A DNA stretch of 64,000 nt, from positions 5,022,001 to 5,086,000 of the forward strand of contig NC_043026.1 in the NCBI RefSeq assembly GCF_006345805.1, written 5' to 3'. This document shows, piece by piece, positions 10,427 to 22,639 of the stretch (positions are counted from its first letter, which is position 1; each line of letters opens with the position of its first letter). The position numbers and the translations under genes were made by a program. The notes under the pieces are model-generated. The model made no database searches. It saw only the letters and a list, made by a program, of their open reading frames with translations, and was not told the DNA's origin. This stretch comes from Octopus sinensis (lineage: Eukaryota).

Positions 10427-11914
10427 AGTGAATCTGTAAAGAAATATAAGGAAAACATTTAGCTTTGTGAAAATATTAAAGTTTCAAGGAGATGATGTTT
10501 GCTTCATCATTTGAAAAACACAAACAAAACATTTATGTATTTCTGTCAGTGAATTAATCTTGTCTAATTAATATTTAAACAACTTATTACAATCTATTCT
10601 AAGATGTATTAATAAGTTTCATTAATTACATGAAGTCTAAATATTAGAAATAATTATTTTCACTGGAAATGATATTTGCTCTCAACATCACAAAGAAATA
10701 GTCATGTGTGGCTTAGATTTATTTAACGATAATTAGTCAAAGAGATTCCCCTGCTCCAAAAGCACTCAATAACGAGACACTCTAAGCTGTAGAGAAAATT
10801 AACTTTAATGGTGTTGTACATGCTATATTATGTCCCAACACACAGCAATCATGTTCAAACTTCGTTAATATGGAACAATTAGCAAAACATAGACTTTATT
10901 ATGTTTCATAGACATTTGTCAGTACAAGTATTACTAATGATGGGACAGTCATGGTTGGCTTGGTTTCCATCATATTTACCTGGATTAACAGATAGCAATA
11001 AAGCTGGAGATGAAACTGTTCTTAACCTGACAAATGCTGTAAATCTCTCGACATTTCAATAAATCCACACAATTATCATACACAACATTGATTAACTCGG
11101 AAAGCTTATCCAAGATGGGCTTTCATATAATCACACTGATAGACAGCATGTTGAGAGGATCGTTATTATTTGTTGCTGATTGAGATCATAAAGATTGGTT
11201 AATGAATAAGCCCAATTAATGAAAGGTAGGTTCATCTTAATTATCTTTAATATAAGGGACAATGTTTGGGTAGCAATGAGAAAGATGTGTTTGTATGAAA
11301 AAGGGGTTTGGCAGGTGAAGTGTGTTTTGTTTTGTGTCAGGTGAGGAGTTATAACTTGGTGAAGTTTATTATGAAGTATTGGGGGTTTAATGAGGTGGAT
11401 TAGGAAATATTGGTGGGGGTGTTTAATGACATTCTGGTGACCCATCATCATCAGAATGATCCTCCACCGCCTCCTTGGTCTATGAAATAATGACTGTTAC
11501 TCTATTGACCCCAGGAGGAATGAAAATAAAAGAGACCTTCTTCAGGATGTCAGCTCTTTGAATAAACATGGACTAAACAACAACATATTTTGAAGAAAAG
11601 CTGGATAAGGCTATGTTGTTGTTATTGCTGTTGTTGTTGACAACAAAGTTTATAAAGCGAAAAGCAGATAATTGCAAATATTTCTATTGTAAAATTAAAT
11701 TGGAATGAATGTTTATGTTTCATTTGTGCCATTCTACTTGGTTTATTTTGAGGAAGAAAAACCTACAAAACCCTTCATAATAATTAGACTTTAATCTAAT
11801 TGTAGATGTATTTATATACACATGCATACATATATATGAATGAATGTGTATAATATGTACACAAGGATGCACATATGTATATTTATACATCCATATGTCT
11901 GTATGTATGTATGT

Positions 11915-12110
11915 ATGATCATCATTTTACCCCCACTTTCCATGCTGGAATGGGTTGGATGGTTCAAAGAATATCTTGCCTGAAGTTACATTTTCTGGTT
12001 TTCTTTCCACAGCTGGATGCTCTTCCTGACACCAACCACTGCACAATGTGCACTGGGTGCATCTTATGGCACCGTCACTAGAGACAATCGCCATGTCCTT
12101 GACAAAACTA
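11915..12110 (-). mobile_element. Old RTE LINE 3' terminal fragment
   Basis: Matches the TTTCCATGCTGG..GGGTTGGA...CTGGATGC.CTTCCT..CACCAACCAC tail of the larger RTE copies. Confidence 0.55.
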
Positions 12111-12139
12111 AAGGTTCCCCTCAATCTCTGGGTGTGACA

Positions 12140-12490
12140 TATACCTTGGGATGTGTGAGAGATCTAGGGTAATAAATATATGAAAGGGAGTGGCTGAGTG
12201 TTGGGGAGAGACCCAGGTAGGTCCAGTAACATCCCTAGTTTCATTGGAAGAATGGTGAAGAGAAGAGATTTACTGCAAATCTTTGTCACAGCAGTAAGAT
12301 AGTAGAGTAAAAAGAAGAAGAGAGAGTGATTGAGAGATGAAAGATAGAGGTAGGGGTGATAGGGACATGGCAGTAGGGACTCAAGGTCTGAGAGTTGACA
12401 CTCATCAAACTGGTTTTTGGAGGTCTGGGAATATACCTCCAAAGAACCAGTTTGATAAATGCTAATAAACGAAAATTTCGGATCTTGGGT
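12140..12490 (-). mobile_element. Possible decayed CR1/L2-like LINE 3' fragment
   Basis: Weak resemblance of the minus-strand translation to the CR1/L2 ORF2 C-terminus. Confidence 0.25.
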
Positions 12491-12507
12491 CACTTTGTTA
12501 CTTCTGC

Positions 12508-12559
<52 letters not shown>

Positions 12560-12565
<6 letters not shown>

Positions 12566-14043
12566 CGAAGGGCCTTAGAGTCAACCTATCTAAAACCAAA
12601 GTCCTAATAAGTAGGAAGGCAGGCAAACCACAAATCCCTTCAGGTAGATGGCCCTGCACGATCTGTAGTAGAGGTGTAGGTAGAAACTCTAAGATGTACC
12701 CAGTGTAAGCTATGGACACATAAGAGGTGCAGCAACGTCAAGGGAAGGCTAACTAGGAAAATAGTTTTTGTATATGGCAGATGCTTTGGAGCTATAAATA
12801 CTGAAAATGTGCAGAGATCAACTTCCGCCACATTCCAGGAAGAAAAACAAGAAGTAGTTGATAGCTTCTGCGACCTAGGTGACCAAGTCAGTAGCAGGGG
12901 AGGGTGCACTGAAAGTGTGGCTGCTAGAATAAGAATAGCTTGGGCAAAGTTCAGAGAGCTCTTACCTCTGCTGGTGACAAAGGGCCTCTCACTCAGAGTA
13001 AAAGGTAGACAGTATGTCACATATGTACGAACAGCCATGCTACATGGCAGTGAAACATGGGCTGTGACTGCTGAGAACATACGTAAGCTCACAAGAAATG
13101 AAGCCAGTATGCTCTGATGGATGTGTAATGTCAGTGTGCATACTCGACAGACTGTAAGTGCCCTGAGAGAAAGTTGGACCTAAGAAGCATCAGATGTGGT
13201 GTGCAAGAGAGACAACTGTGCTGGTATGGTCATATGGCAAGAATGGATGAGGATTGCTGTGTGAAAAAGTCCCACACCCAAGACATTGAGGGAACCTGTG
13301 GAATAGGTAGACCCAGGAAGACCTGAGATGAAGTGGTGAAGCACGACCTTCGAACTTTAGGCCTCACCAAGGAAATGACTAGTGACTGTGACTTTAGGAA
13401 ATATGCCGTGTGTGAGAAGACCCGGCAAACCAAATGAGACCATAACCTCGTGGCCTATGCCAGGGGCGTAAACAGCCCACTTATGCATACCTTTTCCTTC
13501 TTTGGACGACTTAAACTCTGCTTGCGAAGACCTGTTGATGCAAGTGAAATCAAATTCAATGACTTGTGTCCGTAGCGGCTAACTGGCTTCCGTGCCAGTG
13601 GCCCTTAAAAGGCACCATTCGATTGTGATCGTTACCAGCGTCACCTTACTGGCACTTGAGCCCTGTGCTAGTAGGGTATTAAGAGCACCATCCAAGCGTG
13701 ATCGTTGCCAGAGCGGCTATCTAGCCTCCATGCCGTTGGCACATAAAAGTCACCATTCGAGTGTGATACTTAACAGCATTGCCTTACTGGCACCTGTGCC
13801 GGTGGCATGTGTAAAAGATTTGAGCAAGGTCATTACCAGTATCGCGTGACTGGCCCCGTGCTGGTGACACATAAAAGCACCCACTACACTCTCAATGGTT
13901 GGCGTTAGGAAGGGCATCCAGCTGTAGAAACTCTGCCAGATCAAGATTGAAGCCTGGTGCCACCATCTGGTTCGCCAGCCTTCAGTCAAATTGTCCAACC
14001 ATGGTAGCATGGAAAGTGGATGTTAAACGATGATGATGATGAT
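12560..14043 (+). mobile_element. 5'-truncated RTE-clade LINE (copy C)
   Basis: Translates to VDSFCDLGDQVSSRGGCTESVAARIRIAWAKFRELLPLL...MLHGSETWAVT. The 3' UTR has about 5 diverged ~65-bp units and a (GAT)n tail. The 5' end abuts (TA)n. Confidence 0.92.
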
Positions 14044-14999
14044 ATATACATACATACAGATATACATACACACACATGTGTAATTATATGAATATACCTT
14101 CACATACCCATGTATAAATGTTTGTGTCTATGTATGTTTATAGATATGAATCAATGAATGACAAAAGAACAAGAGTTACGTAGACACCTTCATTAGCTTC
14201 CAGCTGTTTCTGCTACAGGAAGCAGTGAACTCGAGCTGAGTGTGTGTGTGCGCGTAGGTGTCTGTGCATTTGTTTATGTTTGCAATCTCTTTTAAGTTGC
14301 TCCAGGCAGAAACATCTCTCAACCAATCACCCCACCTTGGAAGACATAGGAAATAAGAACTTTTGTTCTTGCAAAATGGTTTTGGGGGAGCAATAGGAAG
14401 GCTGTCTGCCTGTAAAACAAGGCTACAATAATATATTCACCTAACCCATGCTAGCATACAAAATCAGATGTGAAATCAAACATAAGTAAACCCATGTTTA
14501 TACATTCATATACTCTTATGCACGCATAAACACACACACACATGTGTATGTGTGCATCTGGTGTTAAGAAGATCATCCAGCTGTAGAAATCTTGCCAAAT
14601 CTTTCATTGGAGCTCAGCAATGTCCTCTGGTTCACTGCTTCCTCGTCAACTGTCCTACCCATGCCAGTTAGGGAAAATGGATGTGAAAACCTTTATAATA
14701 CATCAGATGATGTATTTTCTTTTCTGTATTTTCCTTCTAATAATTTTGTTTTGTTTCTTGCCAGGTTCTTGTGAGTTCCACTCAGTCAAGTCTATGACTA
14801 CACTCGATGAGGGTCACCAATCCTCACCTGGTTTCAAGCAAGAGAATATTTCCCCAAGTTCTTCCAACATGAACAGCATAATGGTTGGATATGTTTTCTG
14901 GTGGAACACTGCAAACAAACGACACTGTTTGCTTGATGTGACATTTGTTTATAATTAGCAGCAGATGTCAAGACAAAGAGACATGTGCACACATATGCA

Positions 15000-15048
<49 letters not shown>

Positions 15049-15291
15049 ACATGCATACACATACAAGTACAAATGTAGATATGCCTACATGAATATACAC
15101 ACACATGTATATACCATAGGATTTATCAGTTCACAAGGCTTAAGTCAACCTGGAACATTAGAAGAAGTTAATTCTTTAAGGTGCTGCAAAGTGGGACTGA
15201 ACCTGAGACCACAAGGCTGTGAAGTGAGTTTCTTAACCATACAGCCATGCCCCCAAATTTTTTTGGTAATATTTTGAAGATAATAATAATC

Positions 15292-16280
15292 TTTTCTACT
15301 ATAGGCATAAGGCCTGAAATTTTGGGTGTGGGCACTAATTGATTACATCACCCCCCAGCCCCTAACTGGTTCTTATTTTATCAATCCAAAAAGGACGAGG
15401 GGCAAAATCAACCTTGGTGGAATTTGAACTCAAAATGTAAACTTGGAAGAAATGATGCAAAGTATTTTGTCTGGCATTTTGTTACAATTCTGCTTGTTCA
15501 TCACATTAATAATAATAATAATAAAAATATCAATAACTATAACAATAACAACATCAATAATAATAATATTAGCAGCAGCAGCAAAAACAACAACAACAAC
15601 AGCAATGATTTCTTTTATGTTTTTTTTAATATAATAAAAATGATTTCAAGTTTTGGCACAAGGCCAGCAAGTTCAAGGAAGGGTCCAGTCTATTACGCTG
15701 ACCCCAGTACTCAACTAGTACTTAATTTATCGATTCCCAAAAGGATGAGAGGCTAAGTCAACCTTGGTGGAATTTGAACTCAGAATGTAAAGATGGACAA
15801 AAAGCCGCTCAACATTTTGCTTTGCATCCTCACAATTCTGCCAGCACGTCACAGTAATTATAATAATAATAATAATAATAATAAGAAGAAGAAGAATACT
15901 TTCTTACTATAGGCACAAGGCCTTAAATTTGGGGTGAGGGGACTAGTAAATTACATCGCCTCCAGTGCATAGCTGGAACTTATTGAATCGACCCCAAAAG
16001 GATGAAAGGCAAAGTTGATCTTGGTGGAATTTGAACTCAGAATGTAGTGGCAGATGAGTCGTAATAATAATAATAATGGCTTCAAATTTTAACAGAAGGC
16101 CAGCTTGTTCTGGAGAGCAGGTAAATTGATTACATCGACCCCAGAACACAAAAGGTACTTATTTTATTGACCCCGAAAGGATAAAGGTTGATGTCTGCAA
16201 AATTTGAACCCAGAACGTAAAGGCAAACTAATAGCTGCCTAGCATTTTGCCCAGCATGCTAACGATTCTGCCAGCTCACC
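15292..16280 (-). mobile_element. Cluster of four SINE family B copies separated by (AAT)n/(AAC)n tails
   Basis: Four repeats of AGGCC.GAAATTT...GATTACATC.ACCCCAG...AAAGGATGA...GGTGGAATTTGAACTCAGAA at about 15292, 15640, 15900 and 16075. Confidence 0.85.
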
Positions 16281-16396
16281 ACCCAAATAATAGTAATAGT
16301 AATTAATAATAATAATAATAGTAATTAATAATAATGATAACAACCCTTCCTTTCCTATTTTATATCCTTCATATGTCCTTCTCTTCTTTTACTTTC

Positions 16397-16427
<31 letters not shown>

Positions 16428-16529
16428 ATTCCCTCTCTCCTTTTCAATATCAACTTCAACATTTTATTTCCCTTTTACATAAACATGTATATATTATGCG
16501 TGTGTGTGTTTATATAGTGCACATGTATA

Positions 16530-16925
16530 TACTCTCTCTTTTACTCTTTTAATTGTTTCAGTCATTTGACTGCGCTCATGCTGGAGCACTGCCTTTAGTC
16601 AAGCAAATCGACCCTGGGACTTATTCTTTGTAAGCCCAGTACTTATTCTGTTGGTGTATTTTGCTGAACCGCTAAGTGACGGGGACGTAAACACACCAGC
16701 ATCGGTTGTCAAGCAATGCTAGGAGGACAAACAAACAAACATACATACATACATATATATACGACAGGCTTCTTTGAGTTTCCGTCTACCAAATCCACAC
16801 ATAAGGCTTTAGTCGGCCCGAGGCTATAGTAGAAGACACTTGCCCAAGATGCCACGCAGTAGAACTGAACCCGGAACCATGTGGGTGGTAAGCAAGCTAC
16901 TTACCACACAGCCACTTCAGCGCCT
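16530..16925 (-). mobile_element. SINE family A, full length (tRNA-like head, internal microsatellite, GAGTAAAA tail)
   Basis: Reverse complement of the 52100-52545 copy; A-box and B-box-like motifs in the head. Confidence 0.88.
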
Positions 16926-16946
16926 GTATGTATATATATATATATA

Positions 16947-17150
16947 TTCTTTTATTCTTATACTTGTTTCAGTCATTTGAAACATACTGTGGCCATACTG
17001 GAGCACCACCTTTAGTCGAGCAAATCGACCCCAGGACTTATTCTTTGTAAGCCTAGTACTTATTCTATTGGTGTCTTTTGCTGAAAAACTAAGTTACAGG
17101 GATGTAAACACACCAACATCTGTTGTAAAGCAATGTTAGTGGGACAAAAA
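16947..17150 (-). mobile_element. SINE family A, 3' half
   Basis: TTGTTTCAGTCATTTGA...GCTGGAGCACC...AAATCGACCCCAGGACTTATTC motif. Confidence 0.8.
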
Positions 17151-18762
17151 TAAAGACACAGTTACGTACCTATTTGATTTTCTATCTTAAATTTCTGTAA
17201 AATTGTTTTACAAACTTTGAATTTTCCATGAAACATAAAATCTAGAACTTTTTGTCATTAAATATAATTTACATTTTCTTTCTTTAGAATTCATCAAATA
17301 TTTTTGAAATTGTTCAAAATAATATAAACTTTCTCTTCTTGTAAAAGTATTTGAAATCCTGGACACATTTTTTATAGTATATAAAATGGTAGGAGGAAAT
17401 TAGCACAAATGTGAAGAGTGTGTGTATATATGTATGTATACAAATGTGTAACTCTCTCTCTCTCACTTTATATATATATATATATATATGAAAATATATA
17501 TATATATTCTTTCCATCATTTAATCATTAGTACTTACTGTTTAATTAAAATATCAACTCCATTTCCTAATTTAGCTGATCCACAAATAGATTCGGTTAAA
17601 ATATTTACCAGACTTAAAAAGAAATACCGATGCTAATACAATCAGTTAAATGCATCAAGGCAATGCTCCAGCATGGCCGTGGTTCAATAACTAAAGGAGT
17701 AAAACACATCAGCCACACATTACATACATAACTTGAAATCTCTACTTCACCACGACCACCACCATTTAGTCTGTTAACCTATCTCTATAAATGACACACC
17801 CTCTCTTCAATTATTATTCATGTCTTTCTCATCCACAAATCTACACTTTAAGAAAAAAATCATCACTATTCTATTTCTCAACCAAGCTGATAATTCCACA
17901 GAAATCTCCAAGAATATTTCTAAATTTACCAAATTATAACATAGATTATTCCTTCAAATACAATATTTAAATGTAATTTATAAAAATATATCAAAACTAT
18001 AATCTTTTAAAATTTAATAGGATGTTTAACTTTTATAATGTTAGAATACAATTTATAAAGTTGAAATATTAAAATTATTTTTATAAAAATTATATTTGAA
18101 ATGTAACAAATATATTTGTTTAAAATTATGGCTTCTGTTGACGAAAGTTAATTCTTATCTAGTCACCCTATAGTCAGACATTCTAGCCATGACCTTACCA
18201 ATGTGTTATTATCTAATATGTTTTTAAGGGCATTTTTGGGGGACTTTGTTGTTGGTTTGTAATAGAGTTCATAATATTTGCAGACAATGTGAAATATTTC
18301 CCAGAAGCCATCCATCTAATAAATAATATTGAAGATGGTGAGAAAACATATTTAATGCATTGTACATTAAAATGTTGATGTAGGATAAAGATGTGCTGAG
18401 AGAGAAAATATATGTTGTCAGCAAATTGTTTAATATTTAAACAATTCTTCTTGTTTGCTTCAAGATATAAAATAGAAATGAAATCACCAGAACAATTCCA
18501 TTTATATACAAAGTTTAATATTAAAATCAAAAATCAGTTTTAAAGAATTTCATTGATTGAAAAAAGAAAAAGATCAATTAGTAGAGTCGTTAGAACATAG
18601 GGACTTAATACCTTGTGGTATTTATTCTCTTTGTCTGCTGAATTCAAATCCTGCCGAGATTAATTTTTATTTTTATTATGCTAGTGTCAATAATTAAAAT
18701 GCCAATCTGAGGTGGTGGTCTGATGGAATTATATATTTGACAATATTCCTTGTAGTATTTAA

Positions 18763-18976
18763 CCCTTTCGCTACTGTATTTATTTTGAGATGATCTGTGT
18801 TTCTTTTAATTACTTTGGATATAACAAAGAAGTTAGTAAAATAAATTCGTTATTATGAAGTTAGAGTTAGGAACATAAATTGTGACTAAGTTTTGGTGGA
18901 AGATTTTAATTTAAAACTTATGAAAATAAGACATTTGTACTCAGAGCCAGTTTCAGCTGGGTTGTTAATGAAAGGG
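18763..18976. mobile_element. piggyBac-like MITE
   Basis: TTAA|CCCTTTCG...AAAGGG ends; inverted homolog of 45540-45749. Confidence 0.75.
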
Positions 18977-19596
18977 TTTTTGTGGTTCTTTGTGATCTGA
19001 GTTCAAATCCTTATGTTGCCGCCCTGGGTTTCAGACTTAATCTATAACCTTTTTCAACACCATCACCTGGCCCTTTTAGCAGAGGATTTCTCTGATGTAT
19101 ATTACGTCTCTTGTTTTGAGAATGTCTTTCTTCCATTCCCCACTCTTGAAGACCCTGGAACTAAAAAGGGCCATTGGCAAGGCCTTCTTCCTTGACTAAA
19201 CTTTGAAAGACATTAAATTTACTAAAAACAATTTAACATCCATAAAATTGATTTACAAATTTTAAATTTCATTTGAGAATTAGAAATCTACTGGAAACAA
19301 CTTAAAATGCTGTATCCTTAGATGAACATTTCCATTTCCTTAATTTCCATCAAATAGTTTTGACCTTGTCATAACCAAACTATCCTTTATATTATATTCT
19401 GGAAATGAAATGTTTTGCTTATAATGTAACTCTGTGAAATGTTTGAACATTTTCTAGTATGAAAAATACTGCCTGAAAATAAAACAATTTTCAACATAAC
19501 AGCATAATTACATTTGACATAGTTGTAAGGAATATTTCACACTGTAAATGTGTTAATGAAGTTGTTAATTAAGATAATTATCATAAAAGTACTTAC

Positions 19597-19730
19597 TTGA
19601 GTCAATAATTACGTTTGAATTTCAGCCTCAAGTCTTTCTGTCTGTGAGTTCAGTTGAAAGAACTGGCAAAAATGTGATAATCCCTACTGATGAGGCTTAT
19701 TTATAAATAGCAGGAAGAAGTGGGCGTTAA
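19597..19730 (-). promoter_or_regulatory. Predicted promoter and non-coding exon 1 (19675-19597) of the propeller gene
   Basis: Minus-strand TATAAATA at 19705-19698. Inr-like TCA(+1)CATT with the A exactly 30 nt downstream (19675). GGAA/ETS-like and GT-box motifs upstream, an ATG-free exon, and a consensus donor CAA|GTAAGT at 19596. Confidence 0.5.
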
Positions 19731-20140
19731 CGCCTCCTGTGTGTGTGTGTAGTGTGAAATTTGCACACAAGCTGTTATGTATTTGATCACGTAGACAAAT
19801 GATAAAGCCTAGACATGTCCTTCATGTGTGTCTCTATATTATGTCTATATATATATATACTCGTATGTATGGATGTGTGTGTGCTAGGTTCCCACTACAG
19901 GGAAAAAGGGATAAATACTTGCAAACACACACACACACACATATATAAATGTATATACAATTATTTCTGTGTGCATAGATAGATGCGTATTTACATATAT
20001 ATATAAATATAATACATACACATATATATATAATATATTTAGTGTGTGTGTATTGTGTCTGCCTCCAGTCTAGTGATTAAGCAACTGCTATAATTAACAG
20101 TATTACTAATTACGACATACAAAGCAAATACACTGAGAAA

Positions 20141-20179
<39 letters not shown>

Positions 20180-20521
20180 CAAAACTATATATGCAGACGT
20201 GTGTGTGTATGCACACTTACATATACATAGATAGTCACACACACACACACACACACACACATGTACTGAAGAACCTTGTGGTTTGCTAGAAGCCTTGTCA
20301 TTGGAGACTGACAGCTTCTTACAATGTAGAAAGGCAAAAGTCATCTTTTTATATTTCGGGAAATATGTAAATGTTACTTAACTGACCCTTTCCACATTGG
20401 AAGGGGCTCTCCATCTTCATCATTTTATTAGTTTCATATGTGTGCGTGTGTGTTCAGCTTCATTTATATATCATCATCATCATCATCACTGTACATATTT
20501 GTTTTGTATATATATTTGTTT

Positions 20522-20566
<45 letters not shown>

Positions 20567-20835
20567 CCGTATAGACTCCTATGAAAGTCAAAGTGTTTAG
20601 ACCATTTTTAAGGTCAAATTTGTGGGGTTGACTGTTATACACTTGCTTTATCATTTTGTATTTTAATCTCTGTCCATCTGTCCAGAGAGGAACTACATCT
20701 AACCATCTTAGATGGACAGACTCAATACCACATTTTTCAGATGCAGTTGAAGCCAGAGTAGTAAGCCAAACAGACCACTCTTACAACATACCTATAACAT
20801 TATGTCAGTGGCCGAAAACTGCTTGTTTAGCAGTG

Positions 20836-20877
<42 letters not shown>

Positions 20878-20969
20878 TGTATGGCTGGCATGGGTTGGAC
20901 AGTTTGAGTGAGGGCTTGCAAGCCAGAAGGCTGCATCAGGCATCAATCTGATCTGGCATTTTCAATTAG

Positions 20970-22310
20970 TTATAACAATTGGAGGTCAACGACTGGACGC
21001 TTATTCTCTCAACATTCCAAACACAATTGAAGGCACCTGTCCCATTCACTTCATTCTCAGAGAATCATCCTACAACATCGACAAACTCAGACATTATATT
21101 GCTGAAAACAGGTCCCTTCAGAATTCCGATCAAGCTCACATATACAATTTCGTCCTTGGAAACATCTCCATACACGTTGGTGGAACCATCCTAACATGCA
21201 CCAGTGGAATTGGGAAAAACATTCCTCTTGAATTTTCTTCTTACAAATTTGTGGCATAATGGTGACCTTGCAATTGCTGGTGCTTCCTCAGAAATAGCCT
21301 CGACTCTTCTCGACGATGAACGCACAGCAGACTCTGCCTTGAAATTGCCTTTCAATGAGGCACATCAAAGAACCCAACATGCCACACAATACATTACTCG
21401 GACGAAGCAGCAGTTTTGAAAAAGTGCAAACTCGTTGTTTGGATTGAAGCAAGTATGACTGCTAAATGTTCCCTACTTGCACTTTATATCACAATGAGGG
21501 ATCTTAGATCAAAATCAACATCCTTAGAGGTGCGACTCTGCTTCTTGCAGGAGATTTTCGATAAACTCTGCCTATTATACCCAAAGGAACACCCACTGAT
21601 GACCTTAATGCCTGCCTTAAAAAATCCCTCCTTTGGTCGCATGTCCAATCGAAACAACTCACCAACAACATGAGATCACTCCTACAGACTGGTCAGCCTA
21701 CAGGCCAGGTTTTGCAAATGCTCTTTAAAATCGTCAATGGACAAATTACGTTCGACGGCACTGGATACATTGACACTACCATCATTGGCCACCCTGAACC
21801 CAGCCCTGATGACTTATGTTCTGCCATTTACCCAAATCTTACAACGGAATACATAAAACCAGATTGGCTTCGTGTCAGGCCTGTTCTTACACCTACAAAT
21901 GCAGCTGTCAACACTCTTAACTATGACTTACTCAGTCAGCTACCTTCTCAAGAATGTTGTTACAGATCGGTTGACACCGTGACCGACCTCAATCAGGTTA
22001 CACACTTTCCAACAGAATTTCCCAACACCCAACATCCTCCAGGTCTCCAGGAAGCCCAAATTATCATGAATCACAGCCAAATGATACAGTTTTCATTCCG
22101 TTAACCCCAACAGACTACCACCCCTCTACCCTAAGCAGAAATATCAGTTCCCTCTAAAACCCAGATTTGCTATGAAAAATTAACAAAGCACAAGGTCAGT
22201 TGCTGAAAGTTGTTGGATTGAACCTTCGAACATTCTGCTTTTCACATGGACAGTTCCCTACCTGTTGAAACGACTGAAACAAATACCCGAATAATCCATC
22301 TGTCCAGGGA
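20970..22310 (+). pseudogene. Decayed Helitron RepHel PIF1-like helicase region
   Basis: Motifs LGKTFLLNFLL (Walker A remnant), AGASSEIASTLL..RTA.SALKLP, KLVVWIEASM (WDE remnant), LTNNMR, LTPTNAAVNTLN and GQLLKVVGLNLRTFCFSHGQ across frameshifted ORFs. Confidence 0.85.
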
Positions 22311-22639
22311 GGAAATATTCGACAACTGCACCGAGCCACCATTTCTTTTGTGCACCGTGCAACATGTGCAGCTCATCTCTGTTTGTTCAGACGGTGTTCT
22401 GCGATAGTGTCCTTCACTCCAGTTCTTTGCCTGACCTGCTTGTTTCAGATGAGATCTCTGAAGGAGGTTCTCAGCATCGCCCACATTTCACCTGCATGGA
22501 GTATTGCATGTAGAACCATGCTTTTGAAGAGGTGGGGGATCTGGCTTCTCGTTATTTTCTCCCTACCTGTCTGAAATCATTACATTGCATGTATGGCGTC
22601 GTTATTTTGTGCTGTTGCATCCTCTTCGGGAATGAAGAT

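Noticed and set aside
10760-11230. Plus-strand decayed propeller paralog (TSITNDGTVMVGL, LLFVAD*DHK)
   Set aside because: Only two short, weak motifs among many stops; needs an HMM search to support.
14195-14245. GAAACAGCTG on the minus strand, like the 601-610 hammerhead half
   Set aside because: No CUGANGA core upstream; at most a decayed pLTR fragment.
17750-18540. Decayed Penelope reverse transcriptase on the minus strand
   Set aside because: No diagnostic motif could be recovered by eye; the AT-rich ORF may be spurious.
19687-19765. CTGATGAG...GAAA as a hammerhead
   Set aside because: Stem II cannot close next to GAAA; the region is better explained as a TATA promoter on the opposite strand.
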